Below, piece after piece: positions 18,915 to 28,267 of a stretch of DNA of 64,000 nt. Origin of the DNA: an uncultured Bacilli bacterium (GTDB taxonomy: Bacteria; Bacillota_I; Bacilli_A; RF39; UBA660); contig CANRDN010000005.1 of assembly GCA_947629375.1 (NCBI GenBank), positions 6,968-70,967 of the forward strand, written 5' to 3'. The notes under the pieces are model-generated. The model ran no database searches and had not been told where the DNA came from. It worked only from the letters and a program-made list of their open reading frames with translations. Each line of letters starts with the position of its first letter. Position 1 is the stretch's first letter. Both the position numbers and the translations under genes were made by a program.

Positions 18915-20112
18915 TTTTAAAAAAGTAGTAATTTCAAGTAAGGGCGAAAAAAGTGTCTTGTATGGACATCCTTGGATATACGAAGGTGAAGTATTAAAAA
19001 AAGATAATGAAATAGTTAATGGTGATATTGTCGATGTTGTAAGTGAAAAGGATAAATATTTAGGTAGTGGTTTTTATAACGATAATTCTAAAATAATTGT
19101 AAGACTTTTAAGTAGAAACGCTAATGATACTTTTGATAGTGAATTTTTTAGAAGAAGAATTAGTTACGCTATCGATTATCGTTTAACAGTTATGGAAGAT
19201 GAAACTAATGCTTTTAGAGTAATCTTTGGTGAAGCAGATGAACTTCCTGGACTTACAGTCGATAAATTTAATGACATTTTAGTTGTGCAAATTCTTTCTT
19301 TAGGAATAGAGATAAGAAAAGATTTAATTCTAAGAGCTTTGTATGAAGAAATGCTTAAAAGAGATTTTAAAATATCAGGTATCTATATAAGAAATGATGT
19401 CGATATAAGAGAAAAAGAAGGTTTAGATGAATATAAAGGTTGGTACGATTTAGGATTACCTCTACCAAGTACAACTAAAACAGAAATAGTAGAAAATGGT
19501 ATTAAGTACATAGTCGACTTTGAAAATGGTCAAAAAACAGGGTTCTTCCTAGATCAAAAATACAATCGTCTTGCCATAAGAAAAATAGCTAAAGGAAGAA
19601 CAGTACTAGATTGTTGTACTCATACTGGATCTTTTGCAATGAATGCCTATGTTGGAGGTGCTAAAAAAGTAGTTGCACTCGATATTTCAGAAAAAGCATT
19701 AGATGATTCAATAGAAAACTTTAAACTAAATGGTTTTGAGATAGATACAATATGTGGTGATGTTTTTGATGTCTTAAAAAATCTTAGTCAAAAAAAAGAA
19801 TATGACTTTATTATTCTAGATCCACCTGCGTTTACTAAATCAAGAAAAACTTTAAATAACGCTTTAAAAGGTTACCAAGAGATAAACTATCTTGCTCTAA
19901 AAGCCTTAAAAAGAGGAGGATACTTTGCAACAGCATCTTGTTCTCACTTTGCAACACCTGAGCTATTTCTTGAAGCAATATATAAAGCAAGTCTAGAAGC
20001 AGGAGTTAAACTAAAACAGGTTTCTTATACTGGTGCAAGTTTTGATCACCCAGTACTTATTGGAGTAGATGAAACAAGATACCTAAAGTTCTACATATTT
20101 CAAGTTATTTAA
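18901..20112 (+). CDS. class I SAM-dependent rRNA methyltransferase, RlmI-like (PUA plus methyltransferase domains)
   Basis: N-terminal PUA-like region and SAM-binding motif VLDCCTHTGSF. Overlaps the flippase stop by 14 nt. Confidence 0.75.
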   Translation: MQKRNFKKVVISSKGEKSVLYGHPWIYEGEVLKKDNEIVNGDIVDVVSEKDKYLGSGFYNDNSKIIVRLLSRNANDTFDSEFFRRRISYAIDYRLTVMEDETNAFRVIFGEADELPGLTVDKFNDILVVQILSLGIEIRKDLILRALYEEMLKRDFKISGIYIRNDVDIREKEGLDEYKGWYDLGLPLPSTTKTEIVENGIKYIVDFENGQKTGFFLDQKYNRLAIRKIAKGRTVLDCCTHTGSFAMNAYVGGAKKVVALDISEKALDDSIENFKLNGFEIDTICGDVFDVLKNLSQKKEYDFIILDPPAFTKSRKTLNNALKGYQEINYLALKALKRGGYFATASCSHFATPELFLEAIYKASLEAGVKLKQVSYTGASFDHPVLIGVDETRYLKFYIFQVI

Positions 20113-20121
20113 AGGAAAAGT

Positions 20122-20718
20122 ATGAAAAGTAAAATAATAACTGTGAAAAGTGTCGATGACTACAACAAATTTATAAAAAAAATAAAATACTATAAGACTT
20201 TTTTATACCGAAATACAAAATTTAAAATAGAACAAAATAAAATCTTTAAAGATATAGAGAGTATCGAAAAAGCTTTAAACTTAAAGAAGAAAAAAGAAAG
20301 AACAGAGTATGTCTATTCCTATTGTTGTGACTATATAGATAACTATTGTAAAGATAAAGACTTTTGTAAATTTAAAGATAATAAATGTCTTAATCAGTAT
20401 CACAATAACTATATCAATGGTTGTTGTAGAGGTTGTAGATTTCAATCGAAGAGTGGTTGTAAAACATCTAATTTAACTTGTAAATTATTTTATTGTAGCA
20501 GTGTTAAAGATAATAACAAAATAGTAGAGTATAAAGATTTAAAAATAATAAGATGTCTTCCCTTAAGAAATAGACCTATTATTAAACACGATTTCTTTGT
20601 AAGTCGTGAAGAAATGTTAAATGATTTATACCTAAATTCGATTATAATTTTTGTCATTAAAACTTTATTTAGACTTAGATATATTAAGAAGATGGTTAAC
20701 AGTAACAAAACTAGTTAA
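20122..20718 (+). CDS. cysteine-rich hypothetical protein (about 18 Cys in 70 residues), possibly metal-binding
   Basis: Cys clusters CCDY..YCKDKDFCKFKDNKC...GCCRGCRFQSKSGCK..LTCKLFYC. Confidence 0.45.
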   Translation: MKSKIITVKSVDDYNKFIKKIKYYKTFLYRNTKFKIEQNKIFKDIESIEKALNLKKKKERTEYVYSYCCDYIDNYCKDKDFCKFKDNKCLNQYHNNYINGCCRGCRFQSKSGCKTSNLTCKLFYCSSVKDNNKIVEYKDLKIIRCLPLRNRPIIKHDFFVSREEMLNDLYLNSIIIFVIKTLFRLRYIKKMVNSNKTS

Positions 20719-20771
20719 CTTTTTTTGTTATATTTTTTAATTTATAACTCATAAGTTGTAATGGTGATTCG

Positions 20772-22676
20772 ATGTTTTTAAAGAAGATTGATGAAAGAAT
20801 AAGAATACTTTTTTTGATTATTATACTATTTTTAGTTTTCATAGTAGCAAGAGTTGCATACATCCAGTTGTTTGATTACAGAATGTTAAACGAGAAAGCA
20901 AATGACTTATGGAGTAGAAATCTGCCACTTGCTGCTGATAGAGGATTAATTCTTGATAGAAATGGAGCAGTACTTGCCGATAATATCACTACAACTAGTC
21001 TTGTTTTGATTCCTTCACAGTTAGAAGATAAAGAAGAGATTTCTAAAACTCTTGCCTCTATCTTGGGTGTTACTAAAGAAGAGATGGATAAACACGTATA
21101 CAAAGAAACTTCAATAGAAAGGGTGCATCCAGAGGGAAGACAACTATCTTATGAAGTAGCAGATAAAATAGATAAACTAAACTACAAAGGTGTATATCTT
21201 GTCAAAGAATCAAAAAGATATTATCCCAATAAAGAGATGCTTGCTCACGTTTTAGGGTATGTTGGAATCGATAATCAAGGCCTTTCTGGTATAGAGCTAC
21301 AATACGATTCTTATCTTACAGGAGTAGATGGCGCAATAAAGTATTTTAGTGATGCCAAAGGAAACAGTCTGAAACTTTCCGATATCTATGTTGCACCACA
21401 ACAAGGAATGAATATAACTTTAACCATCGATTATAACATTCAGACATCCCTCGAAAGAGAGTTAGATAATATCGTTTCAATGTTCAGTCCAGATATGGCT
21501 CTTGCCCTTGTAATGGACCCCAATACTGGAGAAATACTTGGAATGAGCTCAAGACCAACATATGACCCTAATAAATATCAAGAAGCATCTGTTACAACAA
21601 TTAATCGAAACTTACCGATTTGGGCCTCATACGAACCAGGAAGTACATTTAAAATAATAACGATGTCGTCAGCGGTAGAAGAAAAAGTTATAGACATTTT
21701 TAAAGATACTTTTGTGGATTCTGGAAGCGTAAAAATAGGAGGAGCAAGGATTGGTTGTTGGAAACCGAGTGGTCACGGACTTCAAACATACCTTCAGGTC
21801 TTGGAGAACTCTTGTAACCCAGGGTTTGTAAAACTAGGACTGATGCTTGGTAAAGAAAAGTTGTTTTCTTATATTGATTTATTTGGCTTTGGAAAGAAAA
21901 CTGGAATCGACTTAAATGGTGAGAGTGAAGGAATACTTTTTTCACTTGATAAAGTAAAAGACTTGGAACTTGCTACAACAGCTTTTGGTCAAGGAGTAAG
22001 TGTTACACCAATTCAACAAGTAAACGCAGTAAGTGCTGTCGTAAATGGTGGATATTTATATAAACCTTATATCGTAAAAAGTATATCAGAACCACTTACC
22101 AATAGTGTTATAAAGTCATATAATAAAGAGTTTGTAAGAAAGACAATCAGTAAAGAAACGAGTGATATAATGCGTTATTCTCTTGAAAGTGTCGTAGCTC
22201 GTGGCGGAGGAAGATATGCTTATATCGATGGATACCGTGTTGGTGGTAAAACTGGAACTGCTCAAAAAGTTGAAAATGGTAAATATTTAGTAAACAACTA
22301 CATAATGAGTTTTATGGCTATAGTACCCGCAAATGACCCAAAAGCAGTATTATACCTAGCAATCGATAATCCTAAAAATACAGCCCTTTTATCAAGTTAT
22401 ACGACGGCACCTATTGCAAGAAAAATACTTCTTGATATAATCGACGCTTTAGAGATTGAAAAGCAAGAAGGTGGAATCGAAAAAGTAAAGCAGTGGGATG
22501 ATATAACGTATATTGAAGTACCAAATTTAATTGGTAAAACACTTAAAGAAGCTACAAGAAATGCTTATCCAGTTGAGATAGAAGTAACAGGTAATGGTGA
22601 AAAAGTAGTAGAACAATCACCATCACCCGGGGAAAAAGTAGATATTACTGGAAAAATAAGAGTACTTTTAGGTTGA
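20772..22676 (+). CDS. class B penicillin-binding protein with a single C-terminal PASTA domain (FtsI/PBP2B/SpoVD family)
   Basis: N-terminal TM helix, dimerisation domain and transpeptidase motifs SxxK (STFK), SxN (SCN), KTG (KTGT). One PASTA domain at residues about 575-634. Confidence 0.9.
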   Translation: MFLKKIDERIRILFLIIILFLVFIVARVAYIQLFDYRMLNEKANDLWSRNLPLAADRGLILDRNGAVLADNITTTSLVLIPSQLEDKEEISKTLASILGVTKEEMDKHVYKETSIERVHPEGRQLSYEVADKIDKLNYKGVYLVKESKRYYPNKEMLAHVLGYVGIDNQGLSGIELQYDSYLTGVDGAIKYFSDAKGNSLKLSDIYVAPQQGMNITLTIDYNIQTSLERELDNIVSMFSPDMALALVMDPNTGEILGMSSRPTYDPNKYQEASVTTINRNLPIWASYEPGSTFKIITMSSAVEEKVIDIFKDTFVDSGSVKIGGARIGCWKPSGHGLQTYLQVLENSCNPGFVKLGLMLGKEKLFSYIDLFGFGKKTGIDLNGESEGILFSLDKVKDLELATTAFGQGVSVTPIQQVNAVSAVVNGGYLYKPYIVKSISEPLTNSVIKSYNKEFVRKTISKETSDIMRYSLESVVARGGGRYAYIDGYRVGGKTGTAQKVENGKYLVNNYIMSFMAIVPANDPKAVLYLAIDNPKNTALLSSYTTAPIARKILLDIIDALEIEKQEGGIEKVKQWDDITYIEVPNLIGKTLKEATRNAYPVEIEVTGNGEKVVEQSPSPGEKVDITGKIRVLLG

Positions 22677-22713
22677 ACTTTTAAAAAAATTGAATATAAA
22701 TCTTTATTTTGTT

Positions 22714-22748
22714 GACATAAATTTTATTAAAGTTGTATATTATTAGTG
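22714..22748 (+). promoter_or_regulatory. putative sigma-A promoter for mraY (TTGACA ... GTATAT)
   Basis: TTGACA at 22714, with a TATA-rich -10 about 17 nt downstream, inside a 190-nt AT-rich intergenic region. Confidence 0.3.
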
Positions 22749-22867
22749 ACTAAAACATTGAAATAGAATTTGACAAATGAATTTTATAGATATTTAAAGT
22801 AAATATATGTAAAGTATAATGAAAATGAATATTTTATATGTTAGAATATAAAACTCGAGGTGAAAAA

Positions 22868-23854
22868 ATGGGAATATTACTACTTACTAAATCTGTTTTT
22901 GCAATTATGATAGGTTTTCTTCCAGCACTTGTTTTAGGTTTAATTTTGATTCCTATATTAAGGAAAAAGAAAATAGGTCAAAGAATAAGTATATATGTAG
23001 GTGATAATCATAAGAAAAAAGAAGGAACTCCTACGATGGGTGGTCTTATCTTTGTAATTCCAACGGTAATTGCCACATTGTTTTTGGTTCTTACCGATAA
23101 ACTGGAGATGACGCCTAATCTGATTATCATTTTGTTTGTCTTTGTAAGTTACTCGATAATTGGATTCTTAGATGACTTTTTAAGTATAAAAAAGAAAAAT
23201 AATGAAGGATTAACGACATATCAAAAATTATTTCTACAACTAATTGTTGCTCTTGGATTTTTCTATTTGTATATGCAAAAAGGCGGTCAAACAGCTTTAG
23301 TATCATCAACACTACATCTTAATATAGAGATGGGTTGGTTTTATGGAGTATTCTTACTTTTTATTTTGATTGGTGCATCGAATGCAGTTAATCTAACTGA
23401 TGGACTTGATGGTTTAGCTGGAGGATTATCGGCAATATCCTTTATTGCATTCGCTATCATTTCTATTGCTGTAGGATTTGAAGAGATTGGTATATTTACC
23501 TTTATTCTTGTTGGTGCTTTATTTGGATTCTTAATATTTAATACGCATCCAGCAAAGATTTTTATGGGGGATACGGGGTCGCTTGCATTAGGAGCAGTTA
23601 TGGCAGCAATTGCTATACTAACTCATAGAGAAGTAACATTACTTGTTGTTGCTAGTGTCTTCGTTGCTGAAACATTAAGTGTAATTTTGCAAGTAGTATG
23701 GTTAAGATTATTTCACAAAAAACTTTTCTTAATGACACCACTTCATCATCACTTTGAGAAATTGGGTTGGCAAGAAACTGACATCGTTAAATTATTCTGG
23801 GTAGTAGGACTTTTACTTACTATGGCAGGAATATATTATGGAGTATGGTTATAA
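22868..23854 (+). CDS. mraY: phospho-N-acetylmuramoyl-pentapeptide transferase
   Basis: ATG at 22868 after GAGGTGAAAAA. Conserved MraY motifs (DDFLS, NAVNLTDGLDGLA, HHHFE). Confidence 0.9.
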   Translation: MGILLLTKSVFAIMIGFLPALVLGLILIPILRKKKIGQRISIYVGDNHKKKEGTPTMGGLIFVIPTVIATLFLVLTDKLEMTPNLIIILFVFVSYSIIGFLDDFLSIKKKNNEGLTTYQKLFLQLIVALGFFYLYMQKGGQTALVSSTLHLNIEMGWFYGVFLLFILIGASNAVNLTDGLDGLAGGLSAISFIAFAIISIAVGFEEIGIFTFILVGALFGFLIFNTHPAKIFMGDTGSLALGAVMAAIAILTHREVTLLVVASVFVAETLSVILQVVWLRLFHKKLFLMTPLHHHFEKLGWQETDIVKLFWVVGLLLTMAGIYYGVWL

Positions 23855-23877
23855 AGAACTTTATGTTCTTTTTTTTA
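23854..23877 (+). terminator. rho-independent terminator
   Basis: AAGAAC / GTTCTT hairpin followed by T8. Confidence 0.5.
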
Positions 23878-23909
23878 TGTCTTTTTTATATATTTTAATA
23901 GGTGGTTAG

Positions 23910-24626
23910 ATGAACAAAAAGTATGGAAAATATCTTTTAGCAGTATCTTTTTTATTGATAATTTTTGGAATTGTAATGATCTATTCTTCATCTAGTATTT
24001 GGGCAGAGTATAAGTTTAATGACTCTTTTAAATATGTTAAACATCAAGTTTTATTTTTTGCAGTTGGAATAGTACTAATCTATCTTTTAAGTAAAGTAAA
24101 TTACGAATTTTATTATAAGAATGCTACCAAGATTTTTATTATTTGTTTAGTTTTGTTAGTACTTGTTCTAATACCAGGAATTGGTAGTGTTAGAAACGGA
24201 AGTAGAAGCTGGTTTGGAATAGGTGCTTTTGGAATTCAGCCAAGTGAATTTGCAAAACTGGCCTTAATAATTTTAACAAGTAAATATTTATCTATTTCTA
24301 ATAAGTTTATAAAGAATATTACCAAAGGTGTGTTTCCCATTTTATTACTAATGTTTTTAGTTTTTGGACTTATAATGTTACAGCCTGATTTTGGTACAGG
24401 AATGATTATTGTAGTTGGTATCTTAGCTCTTCTTTTTATAGCAGGAGTTAATATTAAATTTTTCTTAGGGCTTGGGGCTATTGGTGTTTTAGGAATCATC
24501 GGTCTAATTATAGTAGCACCATATCGAATGGATAGAATAACATCATTTATTGACCCTTGGAGTGATCCTTTAGGAACAGGCTTTCAAATAATTCAATCTT
24601 TGTACGCAATAGGTCCAGGTGAGTAA
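23910..24626 (+). CDS. ftsW: SEDS-family peptidoglycan glycosyltransferase (FtsW/SpoVE/RodA), N-terminal 238-aa segment of a gene split by an inserted element
   Basis: SEDS motifs QPSEFAKL, LQPDFGT and RITSFIDPWSDPLGTGFQIIQSLYAIGPG. The ORF ends abruptly (GE-stop) at the element junction. Confidence 0.8.
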   Translation: MNKKYGKYLLAVSFLLIIFGIVMIYSSSSIWAEYKFNDSFKYVKHQVLFFAVGIVLIYLLSKVNYEFYYKNATKIFIICLVLLVLVLIPGIGSVRNGSRSWFGIGAFGIQPSEFAKLALIILTSKYLSISNKFIKNITKGVFPILLLMFLVFGLIMLQPDFGTGMIIVVGILALLFIAGVNIKFFLGLGAIGVLGIIGLIIVAPYRMDRITSFIDPWSDPLGTGFQIIQSLYAIGPGE

Positions 24627-24747
24627 ATGATTACGCGATAAAATGACTCTCAAAATTGGATACTCAATTCTCAATTTAAGAGATAGGATTTTTCTTTACT
24701 TTTTGTTATCTTATAATAGACGCGTTCAATAGAAAGGAGGAATACTA

Positions 24748-24912
24748 GTGTTAGGTGGTTGTTATTACGGGAGTAATCATAATCAAAAAAGATATAAATA
24801 TTTGATGTTCTCAAATGTAGATTTAATATTACATAGTAATAAAATTAATAAAATTCCAGCTGAAAGATTCAGAAGAGAATATGTAATTGATTGTATTGAC
24901 TCTATAAGATAG
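24748..24912 (+). CDS. small hypothetical protein (54 aa, GTG start) in the element's left arm
   Basis: Strong RBS AAAGGAGG 6 nt upstream of GTG 24748. Missing from an ATG-only view; low confidence. Confidence 0.3.
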   Translation: MLGGCYYGSNHNQKRYKYLMFSNVDLILHSNKINKIPAERFRREYVIDCIDSIR

Positions 24913-25023
24913 AAGTTGATTAAAAAAATCAACTTTTTCTTTTGCCTAAAAGTTTCTTAAAAGTTAACTCTTAATTTATTTAATAATATTTGTAGTAAAA
25001 TCAAATTCGGTGGAAGTGAAGTT

Positions 25024-25749
25024 ATGAGTAGTAGAACTGATTTAACTAAAATGGGTAAGCATATTTTCGATTTAAGAAAAGGTTTAGGTTATACTCAAAA
25101 GCAATTAGGAGAAATGTTAGATGTTAGTGATAAAACTGTATCTAAATGGGAACAAGGAGATATTGCACCTGATATAACAATTCTAACTTCTTTAGCTAGT
25201 GCATTAAAAGTTAGTGTAAATGAAATCTTGTATGGTGAAAAAGAAGAGAAAGAAAATGAAGACGAGAAATCAATAAAGCTATTAAACCTTTACACAGAGC
25301 AAACCAAAATAAGTCTTACTAAGAAAATAGTACTATTCATATTTACAATTTTAGTGGTTGCTATTTTTGTATTTTATGTGGAGGACTACTTTAAATGGAA
25401 AGTAACAAAAATAAGAGCAAATGATGAGTTTAAGATATCTGGTTATATTTTTACAAATAATAAAGAATCAAAAATGGTAATTGATCAAATATCATATATT
25501 AGTTCAAATGATAAACTAAATGAACAACCACTGATAAAAAGAATTGAACTAAAAATAATATATAATGAAAAAACAATTTATACTAAATTGTCACAGTTTG
25601 ATAACCCTGAAATAATACAAAAAAGTTTTAACAATTATATTATCTCATTTGAAAAAAAATTTAAAATAAATACAGATCATTTAAAAATTGTAATTGATTG
25701 TATCGATGTTAACGATATTGACTATTTCTTTATAATTAACGATTTCTAA
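25024..25749 (+). CDS. membrane-anchored XRE-family HTH regulator (N-terminal HTH, one TM helix, C-terminal extracytoplasmic domain)
   Basis: HTH sequence YTQKQLGEMLDVSDKTVSKWEQG. TM helix IVLFIFTILVVAIFVFYV. RBS GGTGGAAGTGAAG. Confidence 0.75.
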   Translation: MSSRTDLTKMGKHIFDLRKGLGYTQKQLGEMLDVSDKTVSKWEQGDIAPDITILTSLASALKVSVNEILYGEKEEKENEDEKSIKLLNLYTEQTKISLTKKIVLFIFTILVVAIFVFYVEDYFKWKVTKIRANDEFKISGYIFTNNKESKMVIDQISYISSNDKLNEQPLIKRIELKIIYNEKTIYTKLSQFDNPEIIQKSFNNYIISFEKKFKINTDHLKIVIDCIDVNDIDYFFIINDF

Positions 25750-25833
25750 TTTTTGGAGATTATTGAAAATCTTTGATTTATATATTTATTTATATTATTA
25801 TGATTAGGTAAAATAGAAATGAAAGGAGGAAAT

Positions 25834-26649
25834 ATGAAGAACTTTAGAAAATTTGGATTACTTTTTTTAATGCTTTTAATTTTGGCACCGGTGACAACTT
25901 TAGCAGATGAAGGTGATTATAAAGTTTCAAGATTAGAAAAAAATGAAAATTTAGAATTACTTGGACAAAATACGAAGTATTTTAAAACAGTTACAACATA
26001 TGACAATTCAATTTATAATCTTTCTAGCAAAAATGTTTTAAACTCAATGTATAATGCTAAATCAGTTACAACAGAAATAACAGAAGAAGAGTACAATAGT
26101 GTAAGTAATGATAGCTCAATTGAAGTTAACGCTTTTACAACAGTAGAAACAACATATAAAATTATGACAACAAATTTATACAAAAATGGTGATTACTATA
26201 GATATGAAAATATTGTTGGTTGGAAAAATTTTCCAAAAGTAAGAGACTATGATGTAATTGCTATTGGTTTTTATAACAATGTAAAACCACATTCAATTTC
26301 TTTTGAATCAAAAAAATGTTCAAAGTCTAATGGTTGTGTTTATACTGCACTTAATACACCACAAATTTTTTCTACGGGATCAAGTGCAACATATATATTA
26401 CCAGCTTGGACAGATTTAACAAGTTTAAAGACTACTTACATAGTAGATGTAGAAAAAGTAAATCCATCTACAACCATAAAATATCAAGCTGCTTTCGGTG
26501 ACTATGCTCATTCAACTACAAAGGTTGGACAATTACAGGCAATTGAACACGAAGTTGTTCAAAATATAGGAATTCTTTTCGATACAAAGGTTGAGGATAA
26601 TTTCGATACTATTGACGAAGCTGATGTATTTTGGGAAGGCACTTGGTAA
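25834..26649 (+). CDS. secreted hypothetical protein (signal peptide), cargo of the element
   Basis: ATG at 25834 after AAAGGAGGA. N-terminus MKNFRKFGLLFLMLLILAPVTTLADEG looks like a signal peptide. Confidence 0.6.
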   Translation: MKNFRKFGLLFLMLLILAPVTTLADEGDYKVSRLEKNENLELLGQNTKYFKTVTTYDNSIYNLSSKNVLNSMYNAKSVTTEITEEEYNSVSNDSSIEVNAFTTVETTYKIMTTNLYKNGDYYRYENIVGWKNFPKVRDYDVIAIGFYNNVKPHSISFESKKCSKSNGCVYTALNTPQIFSTGSSATYILPAWTDLTSLKTTYIVDVEKVNPSTTIKYQAAFGDYAHSTTKVGQLQAIEHEVVQNIGILFDTKVEDNFDTIDEADVFWEGTW

Positions 26650-26703
26650 AAATTAAAGTATAATTTTTAATCCTTCTAATAGATTTTATTAGGAGGATTT
26701 TTT

Positions 26704-26808
26704 ATGGAAAGAAATATTAAATTATATTTTGATGGTAATACTTCTTTAGAGAGTTTAATAGAAAATTTTGTTTATGAATCATACAAGGAAAAAGAAAAAA
26801 TTGAATAA
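26704..26808 (+). CDS. small ORF (34 aa) overlapping the recombinase 5' end; possible directionality or accessory factor
   Basis: ATG at 26704 after AGGAGGATTTTTT. Different frame from the recombinase. Highly uncertain. Confidence 0.2.
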   Translation: MERNIKLYFDGNTSLESLIENFVYESYKEKEKIE

Positions 26809-28267
26809 ATTTATAGCAGGTATTTATATTAGATTATCTAAAGAAGATGAAATAAAAAATGATAATTCCTCTTATAGTGAAAGTGTAGAAAATCAAAAAG
26901 AATTATTATTAAATTATGTTAAAGAAAATAATTTTGTTTTGTATGACACATACATAGATGATGGCTATAGTGGTACTAACTTTAATCGACCTAGTTTTAA
27001 TAGATTAATTAGTGATATTGAAAATAATAAAGTTAATGTAGTTATTGTAAAAGATTTATCAAGACTTGGAAGAGATTATATCCTTACAGGTTACTATTTA
27101 GAAATGTGGTTTCCTAAGAAAAACATTAGATTTATTTCTATACTGGATAACATAGATACTTTTTCAAACAATAACATTAACTTTGACTTTGCACCTTTTA
27201 AAACTTTAATAAATGATATGTATTCAAGAGATAATTCTAAAAAAATAAAAACAGCACTAAGAACAAAACAACTTCAAGGAAAGTGGGTTGGGGGATGTAC
27301 TCCTTTTGGTTATATTCAAGATGAAAAAGATAAAAATCATTTAGTAATTAACAATGAAGAAGCCGATATTGTCAAAAAAATATACTCTCTTTTTTTGAGA
27401 GGATATTCAATTAATAAAATATCGGATTATTTATATAAAGAAAAAATCCTTCCACCAAATATTCAAAGAGATATAAATAGAAAAAATAACAATTTTCATT
27501 GGAGTAGTACAACGATAAAAACAATTTTAACAAATAGACTTTATACAGGTGATATGATTCAAAATAGAAGATCAAGAATTAATTACAAAGTTAGAACCTT
27601 AAAGAAAAATAATAAAGAAGATTGGATAGTTGTTTTAAATACTCATAAAGCAATTATTGATAAAGATGATTTTGATGATGTTCAAAGAATAATAAGTACT
27701 AATAGCAATATTAAATCAAATAAAAAAAATGATTATTTACTTTCAGGGTTTCTATATTGTGGTGAATGTAAAAATAGAATAGTAATTCAAAAGAGTGGAG
27801 AATACTTTTATACGATGTGTAATAATTATAGAAAAAATTCTAAATTAAAAGTTTGTACACCACATTCAAATAATTATTTTAAACTTGAAAAAACAATAAT
27901 AGACAATTTAAAAAAAATAATTTCAACTCTGGATATAGAAAAAGTTGTAGATAGATTTGATGAAAAAGTTAATCAAAAAAATAGTTTGGAAGATATCAAT
28001 TCTTTAAAGTCTAATCTCGATAGTATTTATCTTGACTATATCAATAAAAAAATTAAAGAAGATATGTATTTAAGAATTAGTGAAAGATTAACAAAAAAAA
28101 TAGAACAATTAGAAAATAAAAAAGTTGAAAAATATAATACTAGAGAATATGTAGAAAGTTATTTAAATAATATTTCAAAAGATGTACTTATAAGACTTAT
28201 CAAAAAAATAGAAATACATAAAGATAAATCAATTGATATTTATTTTAATTTTATCGCTCAAAAATGA
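26774..28267 (+). CDS. large serine recombinase (resolvase domain, recombinase domain, zinc ribbon, coiled coil)
   Basis: Catalytic Ser context AGIYIRLSKEDE. Zinc ribbon CGECKNR...CNNYRKNSKLKVCTPH. About 495 aa. The start is ambiguous (ATG 26774 or TTG 26801). The stop overlaps the ATG of the SEDS C-terminal segment. Confidence 0.9.
   Translation: MNHTRKKKKLNKFIAGIYIRLSKEDEIKNDNSSYSESVENQKELLLNYVKENNFVLYDTYIDDGYSGTNFNRPSFNRLISDIENNKVNVVIVKDLSRLGRDYILTGYYLEMWFPKKNIRFISILDNIDTFSNNNINFDFAPFKTLINDMYSRDNSKKIKTALRTKQLQGKWVGGCTPFGYIQDEKDKNHLVINNEEADIVKKIYSLFLRGYSINKISDYLYKEKILPPNIQRDINRKNNNFHWSSTTIKTILTNRLYTGDMIQNRRSRINYKVRTLKKNNKEDWIVVLNTHKAIIDKDDFDDVQRIISTNSNIKSNKKNDYLLSGFLYCGECKNRIVIQKSGEYFYTMCNNYRKNSKLKVCTPHSNNYFKLEKTIIDNLKKIISTLDIEKVVDRFDEKVNQKNSLEDINSLKSNLDSIYLDYINKKIKEDMYLRISERLTKKIEQLENKKVEKYNTREYVESYLNNISKDVLIRLIKKIEIHKDKSIDIYFNFIAQK

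Noticed and set aside
24627-25023. About 400-nt non-coding left arm of the element, checked for inverted repeats (IS element) or a tRNA-like att site.
   Set aside because: No terminal inverted repeats matching the right end, no transposase, and no tRNA gene. The junctions share only a 6-bp core, consistent with serine-recombinase att sites rather than an IS or tyrosine integrase.
26768-26773. ORF-track start (TTG at 26768) for the recombinase.
   Set aside because: It is not preceded by an RBS. ATG 26774, or TTG 26801 (which gives a canonical roughly 13-residue spacing to the catalytic Ser), are more plausible. Reported as 26774 with the ambiguity stated.
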